NCBI GenBank assembly: GCA_000708835.1
Contig: DF236988.1
Location: forward strand, 1-64,000
Direction: 5' to 3'
Source: Klebsormidium nitens
Taxonomy: Eukaryota; Plantae; Klebsormidiophyceae
DNA length: 64,000 bases
In this document: positions 43,009-54,400 of the stretch, piece by piece
How the letters are laid out: the number at the start of each line of letters is the position of its first letter
Numbering within the stretch: position 1 is the stretch's first letter
The notes under the pieces: generated by a model
The model's database searches: none
What the model was told of the DNA's origin: nothing
Seen by the model: the letters and a program-made list of their open reading frames with translations, nothing else
Made by a program: the position numbers and the translations under genes

Positions 43009-46000
43009 TCAGGCGGAAGTGGGTTCGACGCCCTTCAACGTGAGCTTCAGATAGGCGTCAGAGAAGGCCTTGAAGAACGCCTGCTTGTCGTTAGCAAACC
43101 TGCAAAATGAACACTTGGGTTACCCGTGACCTTCTTCTAAACGCGCAGCCTTTTTGCGCAAACTGAACAAAAGTGTCCATGGAAGTTTTTGGCCAGACGG
43201 AATCGACGTGCGGTACAGTGTTCCGCATGCCAACATCCGTAGATCCGCAACAGAAAAACGGGTCAGTATGGGTACATCTAAACTGCCTGCTACAGGGTAT
43301 CGAGTCAGAAGATCTGCAAAAGGTGGCCGTCCGTTTACCGTCATGTGCCCCAACCGTAACTAACGAACTTCCGAGGCACAAAACCTCGAGGGACGGAACC
43401 ATCCTTTTCTTTCCGCACGCTTGATCCTGGAAAGGAGTCGTTGCAGAAAAAGAAACGGTGATCTTACTTGACAACGTACGCCTTGGTCTCCGGATCGGTC
43501 ACGAGCGCATTATCGCTGGGGAAGAACCCAAGCGGCTTCTCCGGATTCAACAGGAGCTGCAAGCATAAAGACAGGGCTTACCTCGGAAAGAGGAGTTAAC
43601 TCGCGAGTGTTCAACTAAACTGAAGAGCCGGTTCAAAATGTCCAATTTGATTCCGAGAAATTTGTCTTGCTAAGCTTTTGGAATGCAACCTCTGAACAAT
43701 GCCGAATGGCCGCTGAGAAACAGCCAATACTTTTCGCTATTACGAGCGTCGTAAAGGTAGGAGGCGAGAATGTTAAGAGCCAGCATTGCCAGCGACTCCC
43801 CTCTTGTCTCGGTGACTTAAGCCGTTACTAAACCTGACACGCTATTTTCCGTTTATGGATGTTGTAAGGGGACACTGGAAGTCTGGCGCAGAGGCAGAGT
43901 GCAGGAGCGAAGCCGTCCAAAGCTCGGAACAACTCAAGCAGACGGCAGAGACTTTCCTCAATGTGGGAGGAGAAATTAGGCGTAGGATGACGATCGTCCA
44001 TGTCGGCTGACGGGGCGAGCTTTCATGTGAGTTCGCGAGACTTACAAACCGATGAGGATCAACGGGTACAGACACCAAGAAGACTTGACCGATCTTTAGA
44101 CTCGCTCAGGTCAAGGCCCCTGTAAGAATTCCGGTTTTCTTCTGGTAGATAGTGGGAAGTGGGAAGCGAGAAGTGGGAAAGCCGGAAGCGGAAAGGGAAA
44201 AAGGACAGAGAAGCGGAGAGCCGAAAGCAGAACGCAAACATGGGGAGCGAGAGGCGAAAGCAGGAAGCGGGTGACAGGGAGCGGAACGCGAAGAGCGGAA
44301 AAGGACGAACGCAGCGGAAAGAGCAAAAGCAGAGGTGAAAGGGGGAGAGCGGACCGAAAAAAGCGGACAGAGATTAACGGGCAAGGCAGCAATCGGGAAC
44401 AGCAGGAGAGTTACAGCAGAAAGCAGGACAGGAAAGGTGCGGTTCTCTGCATTCAGAAACTCACTTGGAAATACTTGGTGTCGAAAGTATTGGGCGAAAT
44501 GATGTCGAGGGGCAGGCCGACCGGGGGGTGCGTCCTACGCAAAGCCACGGGTGTGAATTGCCTCGCAGCTAGTTGTAAGCCCAATTCTCTTGGTCTCGAG
44601 TTAAAAGCGTCGGCTTTGTCGCGTCTCCTTCTTCGGCACTTGCAACTAGACACTTCTTAGCTGTGGCGGCAGATAATCGGACACAACTATGACCGCCCTA
44701 CAAGAGATTACTCAGCGGACCGATGATCAGGCACAGAACAAAATCATTTTTATCCAGGCCTGGTTCGGCATTGGTTAACCTTCTACCGCGGTTTTGACCG
44801 GTGCTCAAACAGTCGTTAACCAGATTTGGTCAAAAGCAACACCATTCTGTGACGTTCGGTGCAGAGCAGTCGTCCCTGTGTCCTCACCTTGAAATGCCGA
44901 TTGTGTGCGCTCCAGAGAGCGCCACCAAGTCTTGCACCGAGTAGCCTGCAAACAGTCAGACCTTGCATGTCGACTGAGCTTGAGCAGAAAGTCCTAGCGA
45001 AGCAAGAGTTTGGAAAGACAGTGTTTTAACTGGACGACAAGGCTCACGCGGCCAGAGTCGATTGTGTTTTCGCCAGCCGGTACTGGAGCCGCTCGAGGCC
45101 CCCGAAAGAAGGAGGGAACTTGTGTAGCTATCTGTTCAACGTCTCAGCAGACAGCAGACTACGCTCTCCAAAACGTTCTCGGGCATCGAGTTACAACGTC
45201 GGGAAAAAGGGTGCGTTTCCCTTCGTTCCTCAACACAGGTTTGGGGAGAAAGGTTACGATGCAGTGGAGAGCGATGCAAGCGTTTTGATCAACAGCCCGA
45301 ACTTACCGTTGTCAGCAAAGAGCTTCTTGAGGCCGTCAGCGGTCAAAGTCTCAGAGGGAAGCATGCCAGGCGGGTCGGCTACGGTGACGTCAGGGCGGCC
45401 TGAGTCGTCAGCAAAAAGCATACGTCATGTCAGTTTCTGAGCCGGCTATTTGTCTCGGTGGACTCTCGAGCCCAAATGATCAGTCGTTAGCTGACATCAG
45501 CAGCATTTAGCAGGTAGAGCGATAAGAGCCTAAAGCTCTAAAGCTGGCACTGGATGAGAAGTCTCCCGCAGAATTGCTGCCGACTCTGACAAGGTAGGAT
45601 CGCACTTGACACTTCGAGCTTGCACAACATAGCGCTTGGCCCTCCCTGATTGTGCTGGTGACAAGCAAACTTCTTACACCCGCCAGCGAGCGCCCCTGTT
45701 CTAAATGCAGATTACAGTGACAAGGTTTCTGCGTTTTCTTACCAACGGGTATCTTGATGTCTGGGCCGCCAGTCACCTTCACGGAGCGGGCTCCCGCCAG
45801 AGCGACGAGGTCCGCAAACTGCGAACAAGTGAGCATCGGTCAGACGTTTAAATAATGCTCGACGACGGTTCCCCGATTTTCGTGGGCCTTCACAGTCCTG
45901 CGGAAGCGAACTGCGGGGAACAACCTAGCCGGGTGTGGCTGAAGCTTCAAGTGAGCGTTAGAAATGGTCGGGAAACGTTTTCAAGCCCTTCATTCTGGTG

Positions 46001-48845
46001 TCGAGCAGACGAAACGTCTGCTCGGGACGGACAGACTGCTAGACGACGAAGCAGCATCAGCTGATTCTTTGCTTCGAATGACGCTTCGATCCAGGGAAGG
46101 AATTTCGTTTTGATGACTGAGCCCCATTACGTACCCCGATCGGAACAGGCGACTGTGCATCAATCTTCTTCTTGATGCGCTTCATGAGGTTCACCCCAAA
46201 CAGGAGGCCCCCGTTGGCGGACTGGCTGGTCTCAAATGCAATGGAGCCGTTGGCGCCGCCGGTTCCAAGCCGACCGTTGAAAGTTCCGCTCTGGAAAAGA
46301 CATGGTTGGCTTTTAGCAAGTTCTTTCAGGTGTGATGAAACTCCTATTTCAAATAACTTAAAGCTCTTATGATGAGAACAATGGAAACCAGAGGCGGCTA
46401 GGACACAGGTTCGAAGGTGAATAACGGTCCTCCTTACAGCCTGAGCACCAAATCAAAGCTCTTAAGTATTTGAGAGGGTTATAGTACCTCGAAGTTGGAC
46501 GCCAGAGTGCATTGCAAGCATAAAGAGGAAAATCTCAGGAATCCTCCCAAGCAGACAGTGACAAGCAAGAACCTTTAGCATGCATGCGTTCGCAAAGACA
46601 AGAGCTCATCCAACAGCGTTGAGTTATGTTTAAGAACTGACGACGATTGGTAAGGGGCACACCATCTTAAATTAGGTTAGCTGTTAGGAGCTAACCAAAG
46701 GTCATAACCGGATGGCATGGCCAGGCTCTCACATCGTGGAAGGCCAGCCTGAGCAGGTTGCCAGCATTCTTGAAGCTGATTGCCTGCAAGGGAGATAAGA
46801 CAAGGCTCAGGGCTTTCGTTGCCCTGAGTTTCCTGGTACTCAGACTGGTTTCCGGAATAATATACCAAGTCAACTGAGTGTGGTCTGGAATGGTTCAGAC
46901 AGTGCATATAGCCAGTGTTCTGAACACTTCAGCACTTAGGTGCATGGGGTCAAGAAGTACACAAACAGAGGACTTTGATTACCTCGTTTGAGGATGTCTT
47001 CAGCAGAGCAGAGGGCTTTCACGAGCACTTGTTTGTAGACAATGAAACAGTTGCTCAGAACCGGAGGGGAAGGATCTTCTGAACTTCATCCTAGAACAAA
47101 TCTGGGCAGCTCAAACTTGGCTGACAAACACTTGTGGGGTTGAGAGAAGCAGCTGGAGAAAAAGCGTCTGACCTGATCCAGTTCCTTAACAGTTATGGCC
47201 AGAACCTCTGCACCATAGAACGGCACACACAGAAAGCTGGTTAAAAGTTGGTCAGCCCGTGCAGCTTTTATTAAAGCAACTTCAAGACGAGGTAACTTGA
47301 CCTTGCTTGGAACAACAAGTGCAACCGACCACTCAACTGCGAGCTCTTCTAGGCACTACTCTTTCAAACTGCTCGATATCAAGGATGCTGGACGCTGGCT
47401 GAGGCCTGCCTTCAGAAGATACACAGAGATCGCCTCTACCAAACAGCAAAATTCAGAGAGAGAGCTTACCGGCAGTCTGCTTGGCATCCCCATATTTGTT
47501 GGGGTCTAAACCGGGGAGTGCTGGGGCGCTGGCGAAAGCGGGCAGGGCTCCAAACACAGGCTCCAAAACGGAAAGCCCGACTCCAGTTGCAACGGATGTG
47601 AAAAGGCTTCTCCTTGACACTCCTGTGAAGAAGTAGACTACTTTACCAATCAGGTTCCCATATTCTGACTGATACGTTGCATTAAGATCAACCTATCACA
47701 AGTTTTGACAAATGGCCAGCTGCTCTTCAAGGGAAGGTTTTGCTCCTAACCAGGACTGACCTACCAGCCCTTGACCAGCTTCATCAGGTGAAAGGGCATG
47801 TAACCGATGTCTAACAAGGCTTGGTCGACAATTGTTTTCTCCTGCTCTTACAACCCCCGTCAGTATTGCATAGAGTCGCATACCACAATTGGTGTCTAAA
47901 AGTACTTCCAAATTGACACGAGCATGCGGTTTGATGCGCAATGTATCCGATGATGGCGCATTATGTGAATCAGTCTCCTCTCTTTCCTTGTAACAAAACA
48001 GTGGAATGTTTGCTGGGCAGGATTTGTGATCCAGAGAATCCAATCATGAGACGCTCACATTTGAGCACAGGGACTATCGCTTTTGCCAAAGCCCTGCACC
48101 TTTATCTTCGCTCTGATGGCAGAACATGGTTTAAAAACAAATCACCAGCAATCCAAGTTATTGCTGGACAACTTGGACAAAGTGCTTATAAAAGTTGGAT
48201 GAAGACAGAACATGTGATTCCTTTTTATGCAGGCCCCTGGCTTATCTGCTGATTCCTGAGGGATCCCCCAGCAATGCATTGTAATAGGACTGCATTAAAA
48301 CCCGTCAATTTGGTGACCAGTCGCACCCTCTTTCCCAACTCTAAGAAACTGAAATCGGGCACCGGCATGTTTCGCTTGCATTCGCTACATTGAATGTTAA
48401 GTACAATTAGATGTGGCCAATCAGTTGCTGCGCTGTACAGGTACCTCTACCAGCTACTGTTGGCCCGTTTGAAAAATCAAGCAGCTTGAAAGCAATGCAA
48501 GCAGGCACATAATGTAGGGCCCAAGTGTTCCACTCAGCTCGACTCAAGATGTCACAACTGCCACAAATGAATGCTGCTTCAACCACACATATAACTCTGG
48601 GATACTGTGATCAAACTAGAAAACTGAGAAGCTTCCCTGCTTGACATACCTGTTCCATGAGCAGGGACGTCTTTTTCTGCATCAAGGCGTCGTGCATTGA
48701 TCTTCATGTGCCGTCTGGCAGGCACTCTTTGGGCCGGAACCACCAGCGCAGATGCTGCCACAGGTTCACAATGGAACCTCGTTGCCGCAGATGAAAGCCT
48801 GGCTGCACCAGGTGCCGGCTGGATGAGGAATGAGCTCGACGCCAT
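43009..48845 (-). CDS. Ascorbate-peroxidase-related (APX-R/APX6-like) heme peroxidase, about 355 aa. Exons 48845-48650, 47622-47470, 47207-47173, 46783-46733, 46290-46135, 45818-45743, 45399-45307, 44945-44888, 44534-44465, 43556-43468, 43099-43009.
   Basis: Spliced product contains LLRLAFHDSGTF...GGANGSIAFE, FADLVALAGA...TGGPDIKIPVGRPD, LPSETLTADGLK, DLVALSGAHTIG, FDTKYF, FPSDNALVTDP, FFKAFSDAYLKL. All 10 junctions are GT-AG and phase-consistent. N-terminal transit peptide. Confidence 0.88.
44150..44445. repeat. Low-complexity purine-rich tract (pyrimidine-rich on the sense strand) in peroxidase intron 9
   Basis: About 300 bp of G/A-rich gcggaa/gaaagc-like degenerate units, nearly devoid of T. 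Confidence 0.7.
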
Positions 48846-51451
48846 TGCTGGCTTAAGTATTCTGACGGCAGAGCAGCTCCTGTCTCTCCTGTTCCGCCTC
48901 TGAAAAATGTGCAGCGGTTGAAAGATCAGCGGCGCGAATCAGTCTCGTCTTTGTCAGTATGACAATTGCAATGCCAATTGATTATCTGCATCCACCCTCT
49001 CTAAAGATGTAAAGAGGGCTCTTTTGCACTGCCGCCATTAATAATGCCGCCTGGGAGTCAACGAGCTGCATAATGCACTGTGCACAAATACATGTTAGTA
49101 CGTATACGGTATAGTCTACCGTAGTAGTGGATACCGGTAGTGTAAGCGACGCGGCGTTCGCGGCATTCCGTCATTGCGCCGCCCCACGTACGTCAGCTCG
49201 ACGGAAACCCAAACCTCGCTTGTCGCGGAGCCGGCCAAGGCGGCCGCCGGCGCGCGAGGCCGCTCGCGGTGGAGCACAGAACTTGCAGCTGGGTGACACG
49301 CTTGTGTAAGTAAGCTTACACGCAGGGTTCTGAGATCCAACACTTCACAGGGCACTTGAGTGAGGCAAAGAACAAATTCTATTAAGAACACAGAAGAAGA
49401 CTGCCGAGGAGGCAAGCTGCGCCAGTCTTCCTCAAATAGCAGCACAACGTCTGCAGCGCTGATTGACGTCGTCGTGCGAAGCAAGATCAAAGATGGCTGC
49501 GAGAACCGGACAATCTGCGTTCGCAGCCACGCTGTGCATGTGGATCCTTCTCCTGAGTTTTGATAAACGTGTCTGGAGCCAGCGAGGAATTCTTGTCCCT
49601 CCCCGAGCCGTCGCTAGTGACATGCACAAGGCTCTTCTGATGAGAAGCGCGCTCTGTTGCGACCACACAATTCTGGATGCTCCCCACCGTGTCTAGCCAG
49701 AACTCGTTCGTTGCCTCTCAAGGAGTCACAGGGCAGTTTCGAGAACAGATTGCCTGCAGCATGTCAAAGTAGTCCGTTTACACTTTCACAGTACGTTGTG
49801 CTTCTCGCTTTCTCGAAGGTTGTCCATATCAGTATATTTTTGAGCGTGTTGCGGCACTCTCAAATCTGCACGGGCCAGACACATACTGTGAGCATAATCA
49901 CTAGACATGAGCTCATTGACCGACGTATCATCCATTTCATCATCGCCCAACGTGCAGCCTGCACGCCATTTTCCGGGAGCAAAGTGTCTTAAGCTTGCGG
50001 GGCCCACTGAGCGCATCCAAATGATTGATTGCCTTGGCTGGCACTCCGTTACTCAGGCAGCTATTCTGAGTGGTTTACGCGAGTCGCCTGAAGTCTGCAA
50101 TGATCATCTCAATCAGTTGTGACCGAACCACATATGTCGAACTGAGAGCGGCCAATCGAGCAATCGAGCTCAAGAACATATCCTGGCTCATGGGCAGAAT
50201 GAAGTACAATCTGCGTGCGCAATGAGAACTATCGACCGTGTCTTGTTGAGAGCAAGCGGCAGAAAATCGGCATCAGCCACTCGGCAATCTTTCCATCTTC
50301 TTCATACGTCCAATTTGGTAACTTACAAATCGCAGCTTCGCACGGGAGATAGCTTGGCCGTAGCTGTGCACACGACAGATGGCGCTGATGGGCGACATAA
50401 GAGCTATCTTCAACGCTTTGAAGACGATTTTAAGCTCGAGCATGAAGACATGAAGTCACATCCCTAATGGGAACGTGTATGTTTTCAAGCTCTCCTCTGT
50501 GGCAGCACGTTTCACAAGTACATGTGTCACATTTTGTATCGAGAACCAGTGTTTCTCCGTGGACCCCTACGACCATGGCCGGTCAAGCGAACTGTCCCCG
50601 AAGGGCAGCATCGAAAATCCAGATTAGAGCGGCATCTCCTGGAAAGTTTAGAATGAGGAAATATGTATCATGAGCATTCACCACTCCCCGTCAGTTGTTT
50701 TACCCTCTTGTCCCCATGTAGATATCGGCGTAATAGAAGGGCATTTAACCAGAACTAAGCATCCCGGAATGTCTGGAATGTTGTTTGACGGCAGTAAGGC
50801 ATGCGAAAGTTCACAATACGAAAAATAATCTGAAGAGAGCATCATGTCTGACTCTCCGGGATATGCACCATCGTGAGTAGTCTCAAACGCCCCTGTTCGA
50901 TCATGAATTGGTCCGTAATTCGTCGAACACGATAACGGACACACGTGCAGAACTCCAGATGTCAATAAAAATGATATCTATTTGGTTAGAACGGCTTCGC
51001 ACCGAGCTGCTTTTGACCAGCGGTGGCAAAACGTGCCTAGTTGGACAACTCTACGGTTTTAAGGGAATGCCTTTTCCAGAGTCTAAACGCTTAACCGGGA
51101 TCTCAGTTCCAGCTTTTAAGCTAATTACTTCTAGACTATTTTAGAAGATGATTTACTACTTGAAAGTAGTCCACTTTTATGATTGACTCGGACGGTATTT
51201 TCTTGTAAACTTTTGGCAGACTAGCTTAGTCTACACCCGATCGCCAAAGACAGGAGGTCTCGCATCATACAAAATTAGTTTATCACGGTCCCCAGGTCGA
51301 AACCTACCCTCTTTCGTTGTTCGGAAGCAGCTATATACACCCACTTACACTAACGCGTACGGGCCCTGATCTTGAATCTCATAACACCCCAAATGAAGTT
51401 CTGAACAAAGATAGCAGGCTAAGCACTGCGCTTGCCGCTGATCCACGCCGT

Positions 51452-54400
51452 CTAGAAAACCTTTCCCTTCTGCTTTCGTTTCTGGTTCCCTTTCTGCTTG
51501 TTTCGGCTCGGCCCTTGGTTGGTAGAGATCCGACAGCGGCCTCCCTCCTCTCCCAAGTCCGAGGACGTCACGGATGACGCCAGACGTGGCGCAAGCTTTG
51601 TCTGCCCGCGCGCAAGCTCGGCCCTTGTGGGGCGTAGCAGGTATCCGTCGAGCCATCTGACGTCACAATCGAGGTGCGCCTTATGCCTGTGATAAACAAG
51701 AGGGGGACGTGAATCAAACCAAACCGATCCCGTCAAAAGGGGAAGAATGTGGTGAAAGGTGACCCAATCAGCGCCGCCCGGTTAAGAAGCCCAAAATAGC
51801 GTGACCACTTGATTACAATCAAATACATCGTCAAGCGAGTCAGAAGCAGCGCGCCAGGAAAGATGAGCGTCGATAAAGCGAACGTACTTAAGCAGAACCG
51901 GTCCGAGCAGAAGGAATTAGGAGACCCATTTGAGTACACTTAAACCAGAGCTGAGTTGAACCGGGCAAGATCATTGCAGTAGAGATCCTGATGGCCTCAA
52001 CGCTAGTCGTCGATCGGGGGACCCAACGTGCGCGCGTGATCGACTCTTCACCATCTGTCAGATCCACGGTTGAGATACAGAGTATCCTCCGTTCCAAAAA
52101 GCAGAGGTGGTCTACCTGGGGTTGAAGAAGGGGAGCAGCCGCGCCAGCTCCTCTTCAATGTCGAGCGTTTCATCCAGCTCGTCCGTTTCGTCGCTGCCCG
52201 CTTTCAAAGCGCGGATGCACGCGCGCAGCGCTTCCAGGAAGTGCTCGCTCTTGACCTGCGAATTAGGCGTGGCAGAAGGGCTTATATTCCTGGCTAGTTC
52301 CAGGAAGTACTTGCTCTTGACCATGCGTTACAAAAGGGCTCGTGTTTTCTGGCTCGCACTTGACCTGCGCAACAAGGCATTGCAAGAGGGCTGGTATTCT
52401 TTCTTTCAAGTTCTCAATAACCAAAGCCACTGCTTGTACTGGCTAATAGCCCACAAATGTTGATTCATTCGTTGTTTTCTCGTCCCCGTACGTTGACTGA
52501 CGGTCTTTTCTGAGTCAATCATCGCAGTACTTTCGAGAACGTCGACTTGGACGAAGTGTCAGCTGCAGTGTATGCTGCATACCTCTCAAGGCGACTTCAA
52601 GAACTGCGGTAGAATAAGAACTTAAGGCCTATACCCTCGATTTTCTAGGAAAACGTGCCGGTGCTTCTGGGCTCGAATCTACACAAGTGGAGGGTTTGAG
52701 CACGGGCAAGTTCTCCGCTGATAGCGGGGAAAGGGAAGAAAGGAAGTAGCATAGCGAAGAGAAATCTCGATGTAGCCCACAGGGAAGCCTGCAGTCAATC
52801 GTGAAACGCAGCTCGGACTACCCATGCGAGTGACCAGTGTCCACGAGTCAGACGCAAAAACTAGTCTGGCTTGCCGTACCCTGACACGCAGCTCTCACTT
52901 GCTGAGTATTTGAATGCTTAGCAGACTTGTCATCTATCCAACCGAGTGCTCGGGATAGAATTGCAGGCCTGAGAGCGTGGAGTAACGATGGCTGGCCCGT
53001 TTACAAACCTCAGAAGGGTATCGGGAATAGGCGCGCAAACCTGCAGCGGGCACGCCTCGGCCCTGAAGCGCGCCCTGTACTCCGCTGACTTGGCGCTGGG
53101 GCAAGAGAGATGCTGGCGCGCGAAAGCCCGCCGCACCTCGTTCGCCAATCGCTTCACGGGGTCCCGGTCCTCCGCAAGGCGCGCGCGCGCGCGCATCAGC
53201 AGGAACGCCAGTCGCTCTCGCACGTGCCGGGGCAGCCGTTCGGCGAGGGTGAGGAGGGCGGCGCTCGGGGGCGCGACCGGCTGCTGTTCGGACGCCCGCG
53301 AGCGATCTGCGTCCTGTTCGGCGTCCTCATCGTCCGGCTGAGGGCACTGCGCGTCCGATTCGGTCCCGATGTCCGCTTGCACGGCCTCTTCTTCTAGGGC
53401 AGGTTGCCCGCTCTCGCTGTCCGCTCCGTTGTTCGGCCCCTGTGCTTCCGCTGATTCCGCGGACGGAACGGCTGCACCGAGGGAGTCGCCGCTTGCCCAG
53501 TCGCGTACGCAGAACTTAGGCGCCGCCGACAGCAGAGCTCCGATGCTGAACACGTTCCGCCCGTTGACTTCCGCGGAAACGATCACCCTCCGCAGCTTCG
53601 CCGCCCAGTGGAAGTCGGCCCGTTTGGCGCGCGGCAGAACCCACCTCTCGCGCTGCAGCACCGTCAGACGGCCGCCGATCGCCGCGAGCGTCCGCGCAAG
53701 CGCGGAACCCACGTCCGAAACACTTAGAAATCTCCGGTGCTCAGCAGCTTGTTGCAGTGCCGCGATAACCGGAACGGGTACACCCGGAACCGGGTTTCGG
53801 ACGAGAAAGTTCATTGCATTACAAACAGGGCCGAGGAAGTGGCGGCCAGGATCGACTTGAGGGTTAGCGGCGAGGGTTAGGAGGACCACGAGCAGCCGCA
53901 CTACGAGAATGGGCTCTTCTTTAACCCTATTCAAACCAGCTCTGGCTATCCACGTTTCTAAATTGTCGAGATACTGGATTACCATTTCTAGCAGCTGGCG
54001 CAATAGGCCCCTTAGCTGGTACTGCTGGTCGCTTGTACAGCCAGACTCTAGGAGCAGCGTGAAGAGGGACTCTTGAACAGGGCCCTCCATGTGGTCGAGA
54101 ACCCACGTCGTTGGCAGAACCAGGTGGTTAAGCTGGCTAACCGCCGCACACGACTGGACAACCGCCCGCTCAACCAGCCGAACAAACGTGAAGGGGTTTG
54201 GATAACCTCCTTTCTGCAGCCAAACAGGACTGAACAGCTCCAGCAGCGCCTTGCCGTTGAACCACGCCCCGTTGAAGGCCGCAAATCGATCTTCTCCCGT
54301 GGCTTGGAGGTTTGGCCCGCGCTGCAAAGCCGCGGCGGCCGCGAGCTCCCACGACGCGCCGAAGCGCAGCGCCCGGGTGCGAAGGTCTTCCAGGAAACCG

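Noticed and set aside
49463-49696. Short ORF with a signal-peptide-like start
   Set aside because: No continuing exons or homology could be supported.
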